A stretch of DNA of 64,000 nt from Nitrosomonas sp. (GCA_008015565.1 SSFV01000009.1:2916-66915); one strand, 5' to 3'. Shown: positions 9,012-19,449, counted from the first letter of the stretch. Program-made: numbers and translations. Notes: a model not told the origin generated them from the letters alone.

Positions 9012-10418
9012 TTAATTTTTTAATAATGTATCCAACCACTTTTTCCAGCATTGATATTTCTCAAGTAATCCAGTATTGGTTTTATTGATGATTATTTGTC
9101 GCACTTCCCGGTGGAACTTTATTTTTAATTCGCAAGCAAGCATTGCGGCGCCCTGCAAGCTCGTTTCTTTTTGCTGCAACTGAAAAACCGGGAAGGTTAC
9201 GCACTGAGCGATACCTTGTTGCAGGCAAGATAACTGGGACAATCCTCCGGATAGATAAGCTCGCGTCAACGGTGAGGCCGTGTGAAAGTCTTCCAGGATA
9301 CGCGCAACTCTGAATATAACCGCTTCGAGCATTAATGCGGTGATTTGTTGTGGGGATAAATGAGCGGTCGATTGAGAAAAATAGATGCCCCACTCGTTAC
9401 GAAAATACGGTGCGCCTAAGCCGCTGGGTTCAGCCAAGCAAAAAATATTGCTGGTGGCTAAATCTTCGCTACAGCAGTTTTGTACCGGATAGGGTGCGAG
9501 GGCAGCGGCGATTGAATTGAGTGTGCCTTCAATGGCAAATTGAATCGACTGATTTTTATTTTGATAAAGCAATGTTTGCAAGTAACCGTCCGATGATAAT
9601 TGCGCCGTTTTGACAGGGCGGATCACAAAGCCGCCGGTGCCGAGATTGACCAAAGCTTGCGTATGATTACCTGCGAGACTACCTATCAAGGCCGCGGATT
9701 GATCGCCAATGCTGGCTTGTAACGTCAACCCGATATCCAGCGCTAAATTCAATCCGGTAGAAGGTTTGATAGCGGGCAGAATGGTGACCGGGATATCGAA
9801 TAGCTGGCATAAAGTATCCGACCATTGCATTTTATGAATATCCATCAATAAAGTACGCGCGGCCATTGAAGCATCGGTGACGAAATGTTGGCCGTGTGTC
9901 CAGCGCCAAATCAGAAAAGTATCCAATGTGCCCGTCAGCCATTCGCGGCAAATGAGCTTATCCCGCCAAGTTGGATGGTCATGTAGCAGGATACTGAGTT
10001 TTGGAGCAAAATAATAAGGGGTCAGGCGTAGACCGGTTAGTTCGTGAATAATCCCTGTCTCAGCTTGTAAGCCATGGCAGCAGCTTGTGCCCCGGTCATC
10101 TTGCCAGGAAATCAGAGGGGTTACCGGTTTGCCGCTGGCTTTGTTCCAGATCAGGAAAGATGAACGTTGGCTGCACAATCCCAAAGGAGGCCTGCTGCTT
10201 GTTTTTGCAGTGCATTCTTCAATCACTTGTTCCGCTACTTCAATATATTGGCGCGCATTACTTTCATAGCGCCCTTGTTGGTTGTCGATGGCGGGTGCCG
10301 GCCGTGACACGATATGCTGCAGATTGCCTTCTTTGTCCATCAAAGCGGCTTTAATGGAGGTTGTACCCAGATCCAGTGCGATTGCCGAAATTATTGAATG
10401 GCCCATTGTTGTTGGCAT
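9012..10418 (-). CDS. FGGY-family carbohydrate kinase, glycerol kinase-like
   Basis: ALDLGTTSIKA, SWQDDRG, GTLDTFLIWRWT, TDASMAARTLL, GDQSAAL, GTGGF, GLGAPY. Downstream of glpD. Start may be 10406. Confidence 0.85.
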   Translation of the reverse strand: MPTTMGHSIISAIALDLGTTSIKAALMDKEGNLQHIVSRPAPAIDNQQGRYESNARQYIEVAEQVIEECTAKTSSRPPLGLCSQRSSFLIWNKASGKPVTPLISWQDDRGTSCCHGLQAETGIIHELTGLRLTPYYFAPKLSILLHDHPTWRDKLICREWLTGTLDTFLIWRWTHGQHFVTDASMAARTLLMDIHKMQWSDTLCQLFDIPVTILPAIKPSTGLNLALDIGLTLQASIGDQSAALIGSLAGNHTQALVNLGTGGFVIRPVKTAQLSSDGYLQTLLYQNKNQSIQFAIEGTLNSIAAALAPYPVQNCCSEDLATSNIFCLAEPSGLGAPYFRNEWGIYFSQSTAHLSPQQITALMLEAVIFRVARILEDFHTASPLTRAYLSGGLSQLSCLQQGIAQCVTFPVFQLQQKETSLQGAAMLACELKIKFHREVRQIIINKTNTGLLEKYQCWKKWLDTLLKN

Positions 10419-11980
10419 TGCTCGATTTCCTGATCAATTCTGCTCTTGTCCCACTGCATCGTATTGGCTACGCGTAGAGCGATGTGCCGTAACTGGTCGC
10501 GAGTCAATCTGGCCAAAATGAGCAATGGCATGCGGCGGCGTAGCAAGTCGTCCAAATGAATAACCATTTCCGTAGCAGCGCAGTAGATCAAATCGGCATA
10601 AATAAATGGCAATGATGGAAGGATGCGTTGAGCAAGATCGGCTTGTGCTTCAATGGTGTGAAAAATTGCGGTGATACGCGTGCCATGCCGGTGCAGCAGC
10701 CAATGGGCGCTTTGTGCGTCAATACCCAGTTGCATCGCCTGGTTTTGCATGGCTGTTTTCCATTGCACAAAATTTTGCCGTGGCGCCCATGGGAATAATC
10801 TACCTGCCGTTGCACAAGGGGCTGCACTGCCAAGTTGTGAGCATACCGCATCGACAATACGGGCGGCATCTTGGCGCGACGACGTTATTTTTCCACCTAT
10901 GGCATAATGCACGGCATTCGAAGTGGATCGTAATTCCCAGTCGCGGCTTAATGCAGAAGGGGAGGCAGGCGTTGCATTTTGGGAAACTTGTTTAAAAACC
11001 CGCACACCGGCAAAACTGCCAATGATGTCAGCGCGCGACCAAGGTATTTTGAGATAATGATTGGCAGCGGCAAGAAGATAATCGATGTCGCTATCATCGA
11101 CGGCGGCCTTCGCTTCATCCCCTTTGAAATCCGTATCGGTTGTGCCCAGTAACGTCAATCCGTACCAAGGAATCATGAAAAATACCCGTCCATCTACTGG
11201 CGCTGTCAGCAACAGTGCTTCACTACCATGCGTAGCCGGCATGACCAGATGTACGCCTTTAGCAAGCCGGCACCATTCGCGGCCCGGTGCAGTGTTGGCT
11301 AGCCATTGGCCGGTGGTGAAAACAATTTGCTGGGCAGCGATTTTTTGCCGCGTCTGAGTAAGTTGATCTTGCACGATTGCTCCATCAACTTTGACATCCG
11401 TATGCAGCAATTCAAGGAATTTACAGTAATTAACGCAGACTGCACCGGAATCCACTGCGCCTGAGATGAGCTCAAGCACCAAGCGAGCATCATCGGTTTG
11501 CGCGTCAGCGTATGTAAAGCCGCCTTTTAGCGAATTCTCCCGGAGAAAAGGAAAGCGGGTGGTGAAATTTCCGGCATTGAAGTAACGATGAGACATGTGG
11601 GCATCGTTATCACCCGCAAAAAAATCGTACAGTGTTAATCCTAGCTTTAGCTGTAGCCGGTTAAGGCGTTGTTGCGCGTAGACCGGTACGCCAAAACGCA
11701 GCGGCCAAACGCGATGCGGCGCTGCATGCAGCAGCATTTTTCGTTCTTGAAGCGATTTGCTGACCATTTTAAAATCATAGGTCTCCAAATAACGCAAACC
11801 GCCATGGATGAGTTTGCTTGAGGCGGATGACGTGGCATTTGCCCAATCGCCTTGTTCAACGAGAGCTACTTTGAGACCGCGTAGAGAGGCATCATAAGCA
11901 GTCCAGGCGCCATAGATGCCGCCGCCGCAAACCAGCAGGTCAAATTGCCGGTCTTGCAATGCACTAAAATTTCTTTTCAT
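10391..11980 (-). CDS. glpD: FAD-dependent glycerol-3-phosphate dehydrogenase
   Basis: DLLVCGGGIYG, SSASSKLIHGGLRYLE, DAQTDDARL, AKGVHL, DGRVFFMIPW, GGKITS, LDDLLRRR. Confidence 0.9.
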   Translation of the reverse strand: MKRNFSALQDRQFDLLVCGGGIYGAWTAYDASLRGLKVALVEQGDWANATSSASSKLIHGGLRYLETYDFKMVSKSLQERKMLLHAAPHRVWPLRFGVPVYAQQRLNRLQLKLGLTLYDFFAGDNDAHMSHRYFNAGNFTTRFPFLRENSLKGGFTYADAQTDDARLVLELISGAVDSGAVCVNYCKFLELLHTDVKVDGAIVQDQLTQTRQKIAAQQIVFTTGQWLANTAPGREWCRLAKGVHLVMPATHGSEALLLTAPVDGRVFFMIPWYGLTLLGTTDTDFKGDEAKAAVDDSDIDYLLAAANHYLKIPWSRADIIGSFAGVRVFKQVSQNATPASPSALSRDWELRSTSNAVHYAIGGKITSSRQDAARIVDAVCSQLGSAAPCATAGRLFPWAPRQNFVQWKTAMQNQAMQLGIDAQSAHWLLHRHGTRITAIFHTIEAQADLAQRILPSLPFIYADLIYCAATEMVIHLDDLLRRRMPLLILARLTRDQLRHIALRVANTMQWDKSRIDQEIEQCQQQWAIQ

Positions 11981-12735
11981 TGATCGCGCAACATCAATGC
12001 TCTTTGGGGAAGGTCGCTAATGAGGATATCAACACCCAATCGCAGAGCTTTGTTGATTTCTAAGTCAGTGTTGCAAGTATAGACTGCGGCACATTTGTGA
12101 TGACTATGCAGCAAATCCACTATCGCCTGGTCAGCAGTGTCTATGGGTAAGCACAGACCATAGAGATAAGGATGGCTGTGCAGGAGCTGGCGCGCATCCG
12201 CGAGGCTTTGATGGGTTTCGAAATTGAAAATGAGTGGAAAGATCGCATTGTATTCATGCGCATAATCCAGGCTGGCCAGATTGAACGAGGACATAATAAT
12301 CCGGAACTGAGGGTTTTCGCCAATCAGATCAAGTGCCCGGCGGATTTTCAATTGGTGGCGGGTGATAGGTTCCCAATCGCGGTTTTTGATTTCGATCAAT
12401 AACTGGCAGCGGTCTCGATACGACATCAAAAAATCTTGCAGCATCATGATACCTTCGCTTGCGGATTCTGGATTAATCAGTTTCTGCAGTTCATAAAAGT
12501 CAAAATCGTCGATCCGCTTGCCGGGTAATCCGATTCTGTCGAGAGCGCGATCGTGCCATAGTACAGCCACTCCATCCCGGCTCAATTGCACATCGGTCTC
12601 GATACCATCGATGGCATAGCCAAGCGCTTTGTCAAACGCATGGCGCGTGTTTTCCATGGCTTCCCGGTTGGCGCCGCGGTGGGCGAACACCAAACATCGC
12701 TTAACAATTTGATTTTGGCTGGAAGATTCGTCCAT
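11977..12735 (-). CDS. Glycerophosphodiester phosphodiesterase (GDPD)
   Basis: FAHRGA, IETDVQLSRDG..VLWHD, IEIK, AVYTCN, GVDILISDLP. Start taken at ATG 12735; 4-bp overlap with glpD. Confidence 0.88.
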   Translation of the reverse strand: MDESSSQNQIVKRCLVFAHRGANREAMENTRHAFDKALGYAIDGIETDVQLSRDGVAVLWHDRALDRIGLPGKRIDDFDFYELQKLINPESASEGIMMLQDFLMSYRDRCQLLIEIKNRDWEPITRHQLKIRRALDLIGENPQFRIIMSSFNLASLDYAHEYNAIFPLIFNFETHQSLADARQLLHSHPYLYGLCLPIDTADQAIVDLLHSHHKCAAVYTCNTDLEINKALRLGVDILISDLPQRALMLRDQ

Positions 12736-12763
12736 GCGGAGAGAATTGGCTATACGGTTATAA

Positions 12764-13936
12764 TTATTTTGCTGCAACCTGCAGCATTTCGACGATAGCG
12801 GGATCCTTGGCAATTTCGGCAGCGGTCTTTCCCGTTTTGCTTTTGATTTTCGCGTTGGCGCCTCTGGTTAATAGTATTTTTACGGTCTCGGCGTGATCGT
12901 GCAAACCTGCCCACATCAGAGCGGTAATACCGTCATCGTTTTGCAGGTCGATTTTTGCGCGGTTATCCAGCAATAATTCGATGACGGCTGTATGGCCGTT
13001 TTGCGCCGCCAATATAAGCGGTGTGAAGCCTTTGGATGCTTTGTGATCGACCTGGGCGCCATGTTGAATTAATGCTTTGGCTACTCCGGTATTGCCAGTC
13101 AATGCCGCGAGTGTCAGCGGTGTTGCGTCGTTTTTATCCACTACATCAACTTTGGCACCTTTTGCCAGCAATGCGTTGACAATATCGGCATGGCCATTTT
13201 GAGCGGCAATATATAATGGCGTCGTTTCATTGATGGCTGTCAAATCAAACGCCGCATTTTTCGCTAGCAGCGTATCGACAATTGCGGTATGGCCATTTCT
13301 GGCAGCCATATAGAGGGCGGTAGTACGGTCAGCGGCTTGTGCATCAATTTGCGCATTGTTAGCCAATAATTTATCAACAATAGCTGTACGGCCTTCCATT
13401 GCCGCAATGATCAAAGCTGTCAGTTTATCTTTGGTTTGTAAATGGATATCTGCGCCTTTGGATATCAGTTCATCGACTATCGCTTCGTAGTCTTTTTGTA
13501 TAGCCAGCATCAGGGCAGTGATGCCGTCGACAGTTTGGGCGTTAATTTGCGCGCCTTTGGCTAGTAGTGCGCTGACGATACCGGCATGGCCATTTTTTGC
13601 AGCGAGAATCAATGCCGTCGCATCGCCCGCATTTTTTAAATCGACATTTGCATTTTTCTCCAGCAAAAGCTCAACGATATCGGTATGCCCATACTGAGAG
13701 GCAACCATCAATGCACTGAATCCTTTTTCATTTTGATAATTGACATCGATTCCTTGCGCCAATAATTGTTCAATTGCTTGATTGTTGCCGGAAAATGCAG
13801 ATTTGAGAAATTCGGTTTCTGTGTCCTCTTCGGCTAACGCGTGAGCTGAGAAAAAAAATAAAATGATTACGAACGATGAGATGAGAGATTTAAATGCAGT
13901 GCTAATCAATTTTTTTATATAATTCATGTAGTACAC
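12764..13936 (-). CDS. Exported ankyrin-repeat protein (about 10 repeats)
   Basis: Repeated (G)xTxL..AA.NGH..IV..LL..GA.VD units; signal peptide ending AHALA. Confidence 0.92.
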   Translation of the reverse strand: MYYMNYIKKLISTAFKSLISSFVIILFFFSAHALAEEDTETEFLKSAFSGNNQAIEQLLAQGIDVNYQNEKGFSALMVASQYGHTDIVELLLEKNANVDLKNAGDATALILAAKNGHAGIVSALLAKGAQINAQTVDGITALMLAIQKDYEAIVDELISKGADIHLQTKDKLTALIIAAMEGRTAIVDKLLANNAQIDAQAADRTTALYMAARNGHTAIVDTLLAKNAAFDLTAINETTPLYIAAQNGHADIVNALLAKGAKVDVVDKNDATPLTLAALTGNTGVAKALIQHGAQVDHKASKGFTPLILAAQNGHTAVIELLLDNRAKIDLQNDDGITALMWAGLHDHAETVKILLTRGANAKIKSKTGKTAAEIAKDPAIVEMLQVAAK

Positions 13937-14161
13937 CTATTTCTGACATTTTGTTAGAGTTTGTGGAGCTTACAGTTATCGATCCCCATGATTATTTGAT
14001 ATGTTATTGAATAATCAATATGGATAAAGAAATCTCAGTCTGGATTTGGATAATTCACTAAAAGCCTTATTTTAACCTATTGCTATCGATTTTAAGGTTT
14101 AATTGATCCGATACTCGATAAAGGCATTTATTTATAACCGCAATCTACTCGGCAAAATTAA

Positions 14162-14908
14162 ATGGATAATTGGATCATTCCCGAATGGCCCGCACCTGCT
14201 AATGTGAAGGCTCTGTTTACAACTCGTCAAGGCGGTGTGAGTTCTGGTGTGGCCGGCAGGTATGCGTCATTCAACTTAGCAATGCACGTCAATGATGATC
14301 AGTTAGATGTGGCACGCAATCGAACCCAGTTGCGCCGTTATTTGCCATCTGAACCTAAATGGTTGCAACAGGTGCATGGTACGCTGCCGGTCTGGATAGA
14401 TGGTACGGCAGAAGGCGTGCCGCAAGGCGACGCTGCGCTGTGCGGGACAAGAGGTCTTGTGTGTGTTGTGATGGTTGCGGATTGTTTGCCGGTGTTTTTG
14501 TGCGACACGGCTGGTACTAAAGTTGGCGTCATACATGCGGGTTGGCGTGGCTTGGCCGGAGGAATTATTGAACGTTCCATTGCTGCGATGCAAGTGAGCC
14601 CTGGTAATTTAATGGCGTGGCTTGGCCCGGCTATCGGACCGGATCATTTTGAAGTAGGTAGAGATGTATATGAAACTTTCGTTCAGCAGCAAATTTCTGC
14701 AGCGCAGGCTTTTGTAAGCAAGCATCATGATTATGAGAAGAAATGGCTTGCGGATATTTTCATGCTTGCTCGCCAGCGGCTGGAGATCAACGGCGTTACC
14801 CGCATTTATGGAGGCGGGTTTTGCACTTTTAGTGATTCCGGGCGCTTTTTTTCCTTTCGCCGCGACGGTGAGACAGGGCGCATGGCTGCATTAATTTGGC
14901 TGCAGTGA
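14162..14908 (+). CDS. pgeF: Purine nucleoside phosphorylase / peptidoglycan editing factor (YfiH)
   Basis: FTTRQGGVS, QVHG, VADCLPV, HAGWRG, GPAIGP..FEVG, FFSFRRDGETGRM. Confidence 0.93.
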   Translation: MDNWIIPEWPAPANVKALFTTRQGGVSSGVAGRYASFNLAMHVNDDQLDVARNRTQLRRYLPSEPKWLQQVHGTLPVWIDGTAEGVPQGDAALCGTRGLVCVVMVADCLPVFLCDTAGTKVGVIHAGWRGLAGGIIERSIAAMQVSPGNLMAWLGPAIGPDHFEVGRDVYETFVQQQISAAQAFVSKHHDYEKKWLADIFMLARQRLEINGVTRIYGGGFCTFSDSGRFFSFRRDGETGRMAALIWLQ

Positions 14909-14979
14909 TTGCTCTGCAATTTTTTAAAAGACTGGGCCGCAACAGCGTATAATCCGGCCTTTGTTTTTCACTTAACTTT

Positions 14980-15777
14980 ATGTCAACGCTTACCTGGATT
15001 ATTGCTGCGAGTCTGTTCGGGGGAATATTAAGTTTATTATTCGCGGCGATATTGACAATCAATGTCCGAATATCATGGCTTTCGATATTAATTTCTTATG
15101 CAATTGGCGCGCTGTTGGGCGCCGCTTTCCTTAATACCCTGCCAGAAGCGCTAGAACTTTCTGATAACCCGATGCAGGTGACGGTTACCGTGCTATTTGG
15201 CATTTTGCTATTTTTTGTTCTGGAAAAATTAGTATTGTGGCGTCATTGTCACTTGGAAGACTGCGAGGTGCACGATCCTTCCCATGGTACGGCTACACCT
15301 GCCAGCCATCCTATGCACGATCATGGCCGTAGCGGAACAATGGTGATTGTCGGCGACACTTTTCATAATTTCGTGGATGGTATTTTGATTGCCGCAGCGT
15401 TCATCGCAGATACGCAATTAGGCATCGTGACAGCGATCGCAATCATTGCACATGAAATTCCACAAGAAGCAGGGGATTTTATTATTCTCCTTAATTCAGG
15501 CTACAGCCGCCGTATGGCCTTTTTGATAAATTTATTATCGGGCCTTGCTACGTTAGTAGGTGGTGTGCTTGCCTATTTTATGTTGCATAGTATGGATTTT
15601 CTGATACAGCCGCTATTGGCTTTTGCATCCGCTAGTATGATTTATGTGGCGATGTCGGATTTAATCCCGGGTTTGCATAAGCGGCCAGAAATTAATGCGA
15701 CAATACAGCAAGTTACTCTTATTTTGTTGGGGATTTCTTCTATTTGGTTCATGGGTAATCTTTTTACTCATGGGTAG
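14980..15777 (+). CDS. ZIP family divalent metal transporter
   Basis: His-rich loop (HCH...HDPSH...HPMHDH), GDTFHNFVDG and AHEIPQEAGD signature motifs, 8 TM segments. Confidence 0.92.
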   Translation: MSTLTWIIAASLFGGILSLLFAAILTINVRISWLSILISYAIGALLGAAFLNTLPEALELSDNPMQVTVTVLFGILLFFVLEKLVLWRHCHLEDCEVHDPSHGTATPASHPMHDHGRSGTMVIVGDTFHNFVDGILIAAAFIADTQLGIVTAIAIIAHEIPQEAGDFIILLNSGYSRRMAFLINLLSGLATLVGGVLAYFMLHSMDFLIQPLLAFASASMIYVAMSDLIPGLHKRPEINATIQQVTLILLGISSIWFMGNLFTHG

Positions 15778-15824
15778 AGCTAAACATGAAAAAAATTAAA
15801 CTGCACGAACTCTAAGGATATGTA

Positions 15825-16241
15825 ATGAGAAAACAATTTTTGATAGTGTGCTTTTTGCTTTTTTACCTCAGTAACGTGTTTGCAAATGAGAAAAATATTC
15901 TTGAAATTGCTGAAGGCAGCGCCCGTTCATGGCTTGAACTCACTGATACCGGAAAATACCGGGAAAGCTGGGAACGGGCTTCAACTTTATTCAAAACGAA
16001 AACTGCTGAAGCTGAATGGGTACAGACAATAACTGCAAACAGAGCATCGCGCGGAGTAGTGACTGCGCGCTACATTGCGACGGCGAGTTCTGCAAAATCA
16101 TTGCCGGGCTTACCGGATGGAGAATATATAGTACTGCAGTTTTATACCACTTTCGAAGCTAAAGGCTTGGCTCTGGAGACGATAACATTAGCGAAATCCT
16201 CCGGTGACGCATGGATGGTTTCGCAGTATACAATCAAGTAA
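15825..16241 (+). CDS. DUF4019 domain exported protein
   Basis: Signal peptide; ARSWLELTD.GKY.ESWE.AS, PGLPDGEYIVLQF.T.F pattern recalled for DUF4019. Confidence 0.75.
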   Translation: MRKQFLIVCFLLFYLSNVFANEKNILEIAEGSARSWLELTDTGKYRESWERASTLFKTKTAEAEWVQTITANRASRGVVTARYIATASSAKSLPGLPDGEYIVLQFYTTFEAKGLALETITLAKSSGDAWMVSQYTIK

Positions 16242-16322
16242 AAAACTAATGATTGGGTGAGCATGCCATCTCATTGGCCTATTGTGCGTACTAATAATTT
16301 CTGACTTCCCTCTAGAATTTAA

Positions 16323-16346
16323 TTCCCCGCAACAAGCCGCGGGGAT
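16323..16346. repeat. GC-rich hairpin between convergent genes (REP-like / bidirectional terminator candidate)
   Basis: CCCCGC-AACAAGCC-GCGGGG. Confidence 0.4.
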
Positions 16347-16402
16347 GTTCTATCGATCGAATAACTTTTTACAACAATCAAGCAGGCCAATGGACCGGTT
16401 GA

Positions 16403-17998
16403 TTAAGGCTTGGGCGGCCAATGTTTTTTCCGGCCGTGTTCATCCACTACCAGGTACTTGCTGTCTTTAGGTAAGATTTTCAACGTCTTGAGAAACTCTA
16501 TGACGGTATCTTTTTCTCCCTCACTTAGTGAGGTCCAATTATTATACGAGTCCATTGCTTCACCCCGATGCGCCTCGATTGCTTGACGAATCGTGGTAAA
16601 TTTACCGTGATGAAAATAAGGCGGTTCGTTGGCTACCCCCCATAGCTTACGAGTGATGAAGCGTGAATTACCATTAAAGAATGCCGGGCCGGAAGCATTT
16701 TGATCAACCGGCTCTGTGTTAGGATCCGATGGGCCGCCGGTAATATCATGTAATTTTAGGTCGGTAAAGGCAGGAACCCAGACGGTATCATTTTCAACCG
16801 CTAATCTGGGGTTATCCAGTGTTTGGTCTGTTAAATCCATTTTATATTCATGTACTTGACCCAGTTGCAAGTTGCCTTCCGGATTGTAAGGATTGGGTTC
16901 AGTGAATATCCATCCTTTATTATCCAGAGGCAGCTTGGGGATATGGCAACTGGCGCAACCAATTGTTTGGAAAACTTGTTCGCCTTGCAGTACTGCCGCT
17001 TCGATAGCAGGATTATTGGGAATAACTCGTCCTGGAACTGCAAGCTGTGCTTGAAATAACGTAGCGGCGGTAATATCGGCGCGTGTGAGTTCGTCCACAA
17101 AACCATCGCCGTCGGAATCAACGCCAGCGCCAAAACGTTCCGTCGATTGAATACCGTGATGCTGATTGAAAGCCGTATTAGTGAATTCGCGCAATGAAAC
17201 TTTTCCGCCCGCTTGATGGAAAGGTTTAATGACCAGGCTGGGAGGATTGTCTGGACTATCGCTGGCCAAGCTAGATGCCAGTAATCCGGTTACCTGGCTG
17301 GTATCCCATCTGCCATCGTTATCTCTGGTTAGAGTGCCAAAAGAAATGCCTTTACTTTCAAGTTTTGCGCTGCTACCCGCGGAAATTGAATCGCGTATTT
17401 TTCTTAATTCAGCAGTCATTTGCCTGCTCAGCATTTCAATATATCCGGAGCCGAATAATCCGAGCGTGTTGCGGAAATTTGCAAAATTATCCAGATGGAT
17501 AAATTTACCTTCTTCATCGACTGCTCCGCGTAAGGGAACGCTATCGTTGTGATCAAAGGTGACAAAATCAAAGCGTTCTCCAGTGATGAATACATTGGTA
17601 ACGATGTCGCCTCCGCCGCCTGTGCGTGGCTTATTATGGCAACCAGCGCATGAGTTACTATCGGGTGCCGAGAGCCGGTTGAAATTTCTTGGGAAATGCA
17701 AAGGTGAAGTAGGATCAGATAACGCTTCGCCGGTTCCTTTGGTCAATGGACGGCCACCGCCTTCTTCTATAGTCCAATTAGCTCGAAACAGCTTTTTACC
17801 GTGCTTGATCAATTCATGCATAGTAATAGTGAATTCGGTTCCATCTTTTAGATGATGATGGATTGCTTGTTCTTTACCGATCGTTGTGACGGGCTCAGGT
17901 TGGGTTTTATTTTCACTGGCTAAAGAAATGGCGGAGGAGAAAACAATAGGTGTAGTGAATAGAATGCAAAATCCGATGCTGCGGTATTTTCTGTTCAT
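16403..17998 (-). CDS. Exported di-haem c-type protein, DHOR / thiol oxidoreductase-like (bCcP/MauG-related)
   Basis: Signal peptide; two CxxCH (SCAGCH, GCASCH); RNTLGLFGSG, FTDLKLHD, TRKLWGV..EPPYFHHG...IEAHRGEA. Confidence 0.8.
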   Translation of the reverse strand: MNRKYRSIGFCILFTTPIVFSSAISLASENKTQPEPVTTIGKEQAIHHHLKDGTEFTITMHELIKHGKKLFRANWTIEEGGGRPLTKGTGEALSDPTSPLHFPRNFNRLSAPDSNSCAGCHNKPRTGGGGDIVTNVFITGERFDFVTFDHNDSVPLRGAVDEEGKFIHLDNFANFRNTLGLFGSGYIEMLSRQMTAELRKIRDSISAGSSAKLESKGISFGTLTRDNDGRWDTSQVTGLLASSLASDSPDNPPSLVIKPFHQAGGKVSLREFTNTAFNQHHGIQSTERFGAGVDSDGDGFVDELTRADITAATLFQAQLAVPGRVIPNNPAIEAAVLQGEQVFQTIGCASCHIPKLPLDNKGWIFTEPNPYNPEGNLQLGQVHEYKMDLTDQTLDNPRLAVENDTVWVPAFTDLKLHDITGGPSDPNTEPVDQNASGPAFFNGNSRFITRKLWGVANEPPYFHHGKFTTIRQAIEAHRGEAMDSYNNWTSLSEGEKDTVIEFLKTLKILPKDSKYLVVDEHGRKKHWPPKP

Positions 17999-18618
17999 AT
18001 TATGATTCCTTTAATCTATATCAAAAAAATCCCGGTGGCTTTTATGACTAGGATTGGAATGAATACACTCAGGGATTTTCAATGCAATCAATGTGAATGA
18101 CTTTTTGTGATGAAAACCGGAGTGCTCGATCAATTACAAATAGTGGACATCTGGAAAATGCGAATGCATGAATATCTTATTGTTGACCACAGGGCGGGAT
18201 ATCGTTATAACTTCTCCAGAATCTTCACTGCTCATCAATTATCAGCAATCGAGCGCCATGAATCTTAATAGTTGTTTACATGGAAAGGGGAGTTATCCAA
18301 TGGTGGCAATTAAAAAGAATCAGCTAGATTGCTGATAATTGGTTTAATCGTAACAGTCAGTTCTATATAAAAAATTTAACTAGGTTATAAATTGTTTAGA
18401 AAGGCCGAATTAATTGACTGCGCAGACAAATTGCCGTGTTAATTGATACGTGAAAAACCCATATGGCTATGCGGTGTTATGTTTCTTGCACTTTTTCCGG
18501 TTTGCGTCATGCTTGCTCCAAGAATGAGTCAGCACTTATTTGATTTTTTCATAAACCAAATAGCGTAGGCATAGTAGAGCAAAGGTGGACGCTGGCTTTG
18601 ATCTATATGATTTTCGCG

Positions 18619-19449
18619 CTAACCATATAATTGCCGTTTCAACCCGCATCGGTCCAGTATGGTGGCGCTGATTTCTTCGATTGAGATGCGTGTCGTGTCC
18701 AAATAAGGGATATTGAATAAGCGAAATAGTGATTCCTGCCACAGTATTTCTTGTTGGCATTGTTGCAGCGAAGCGTACTCGCTATTCGGGTGACGTTCTT
18801 GACGAATAAAATGAAGTTGTGATGGATTGAGCGTTAGCCCAAATAATTTATTTCTAACTTTTTCCAATATTTTGGGTAGATTTAAGGCAGGCATATCTTC
18901 CTGCGTCAATGGATAATTGGCTGCTGCAATACCGTACTGCAATCCCAAGTATAGGCAGGTGGGGGTTTTTCCGCAGCGGGAAACGCCGATCAAGACGATA
19001 TCCGCCTCGGTAAAATTTTTTGGATTAACGCCATCGTCGTGTGCCAATACATAATTGATGGCGGCGATCCGCTTGAAATATGACAAATGATGCTGTAAGC
19101 CATGCGAACGGCCAGCCATGCGTGCAAATGGCTGCTGTAGCTCGTTTTCGATTGAGCGGATAAAAGTTTCAAAAAAATCAAATATGCAACAATCTGCTTG
19201 TTTAATGACAGCTAGAATTTCCGGGTTCAGCAGAGTGCTAAATACCAGCGGGCGATGACCGTCGCAGGCAAGAGCCTGGTTAATTTGTGCCAGGACAGTC
19301 CGCGCTTTGTCAATATCATCCAAAAAGGGTACGTTGATAATTTTCCATTCTATGCCGTCAAATTGGGTCAAGAGGCTATGACCTAACGTTTCCGCAGTGA
19401 TGCCGGTGCGATCGGACAAATAGAAAACGGTGCGTTGCTGCCTGCTCAT
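18619..19449 (-). CDS. ppsR: PEP synthase regulatory protein (kinase/pyrophosphorylase)
   Basis: FYLSDRTGITAE, DDG, DIVLIGVSRCGKTPTCLYL, ANYPL, SIEEIS. Confidence 0.93.
   Translation of the reverse strand: MSRQQRTVFYLSDRTGITAETLGHSLLTQFDGIEWKIINVPFLDDIDKARTVLAQINQALACDGHRPLVFSTLLNPEILAVIKQADCCIFDFFETFIRSIENELQQPFARMAGRSHGLQHHLSYFKRIAAINYVLAHDDGVNPKNFTEADIVLIGVSRCGKTPTCLYLGLQYGIAAANYPLTQEDMPALNLPKILEKVRNKLFGLTLNPSQLHFIRQERHPNSEYASLQQCQQEILWQESLFRLFNIPYLDTTRISIEEISATILDRCGLKRQLYG

Noticed and set aside
18023-18079. Possible attenuator/riboswitch leader before the di-haem gene (AAAATCCC...GGGATTTTTTT on the - strand)
   Set aside because: Only an 8-bp stem around a roughly 38-nt unstructured loop, and no recognisable aptamer motif. 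An Infernal scan would be needed.
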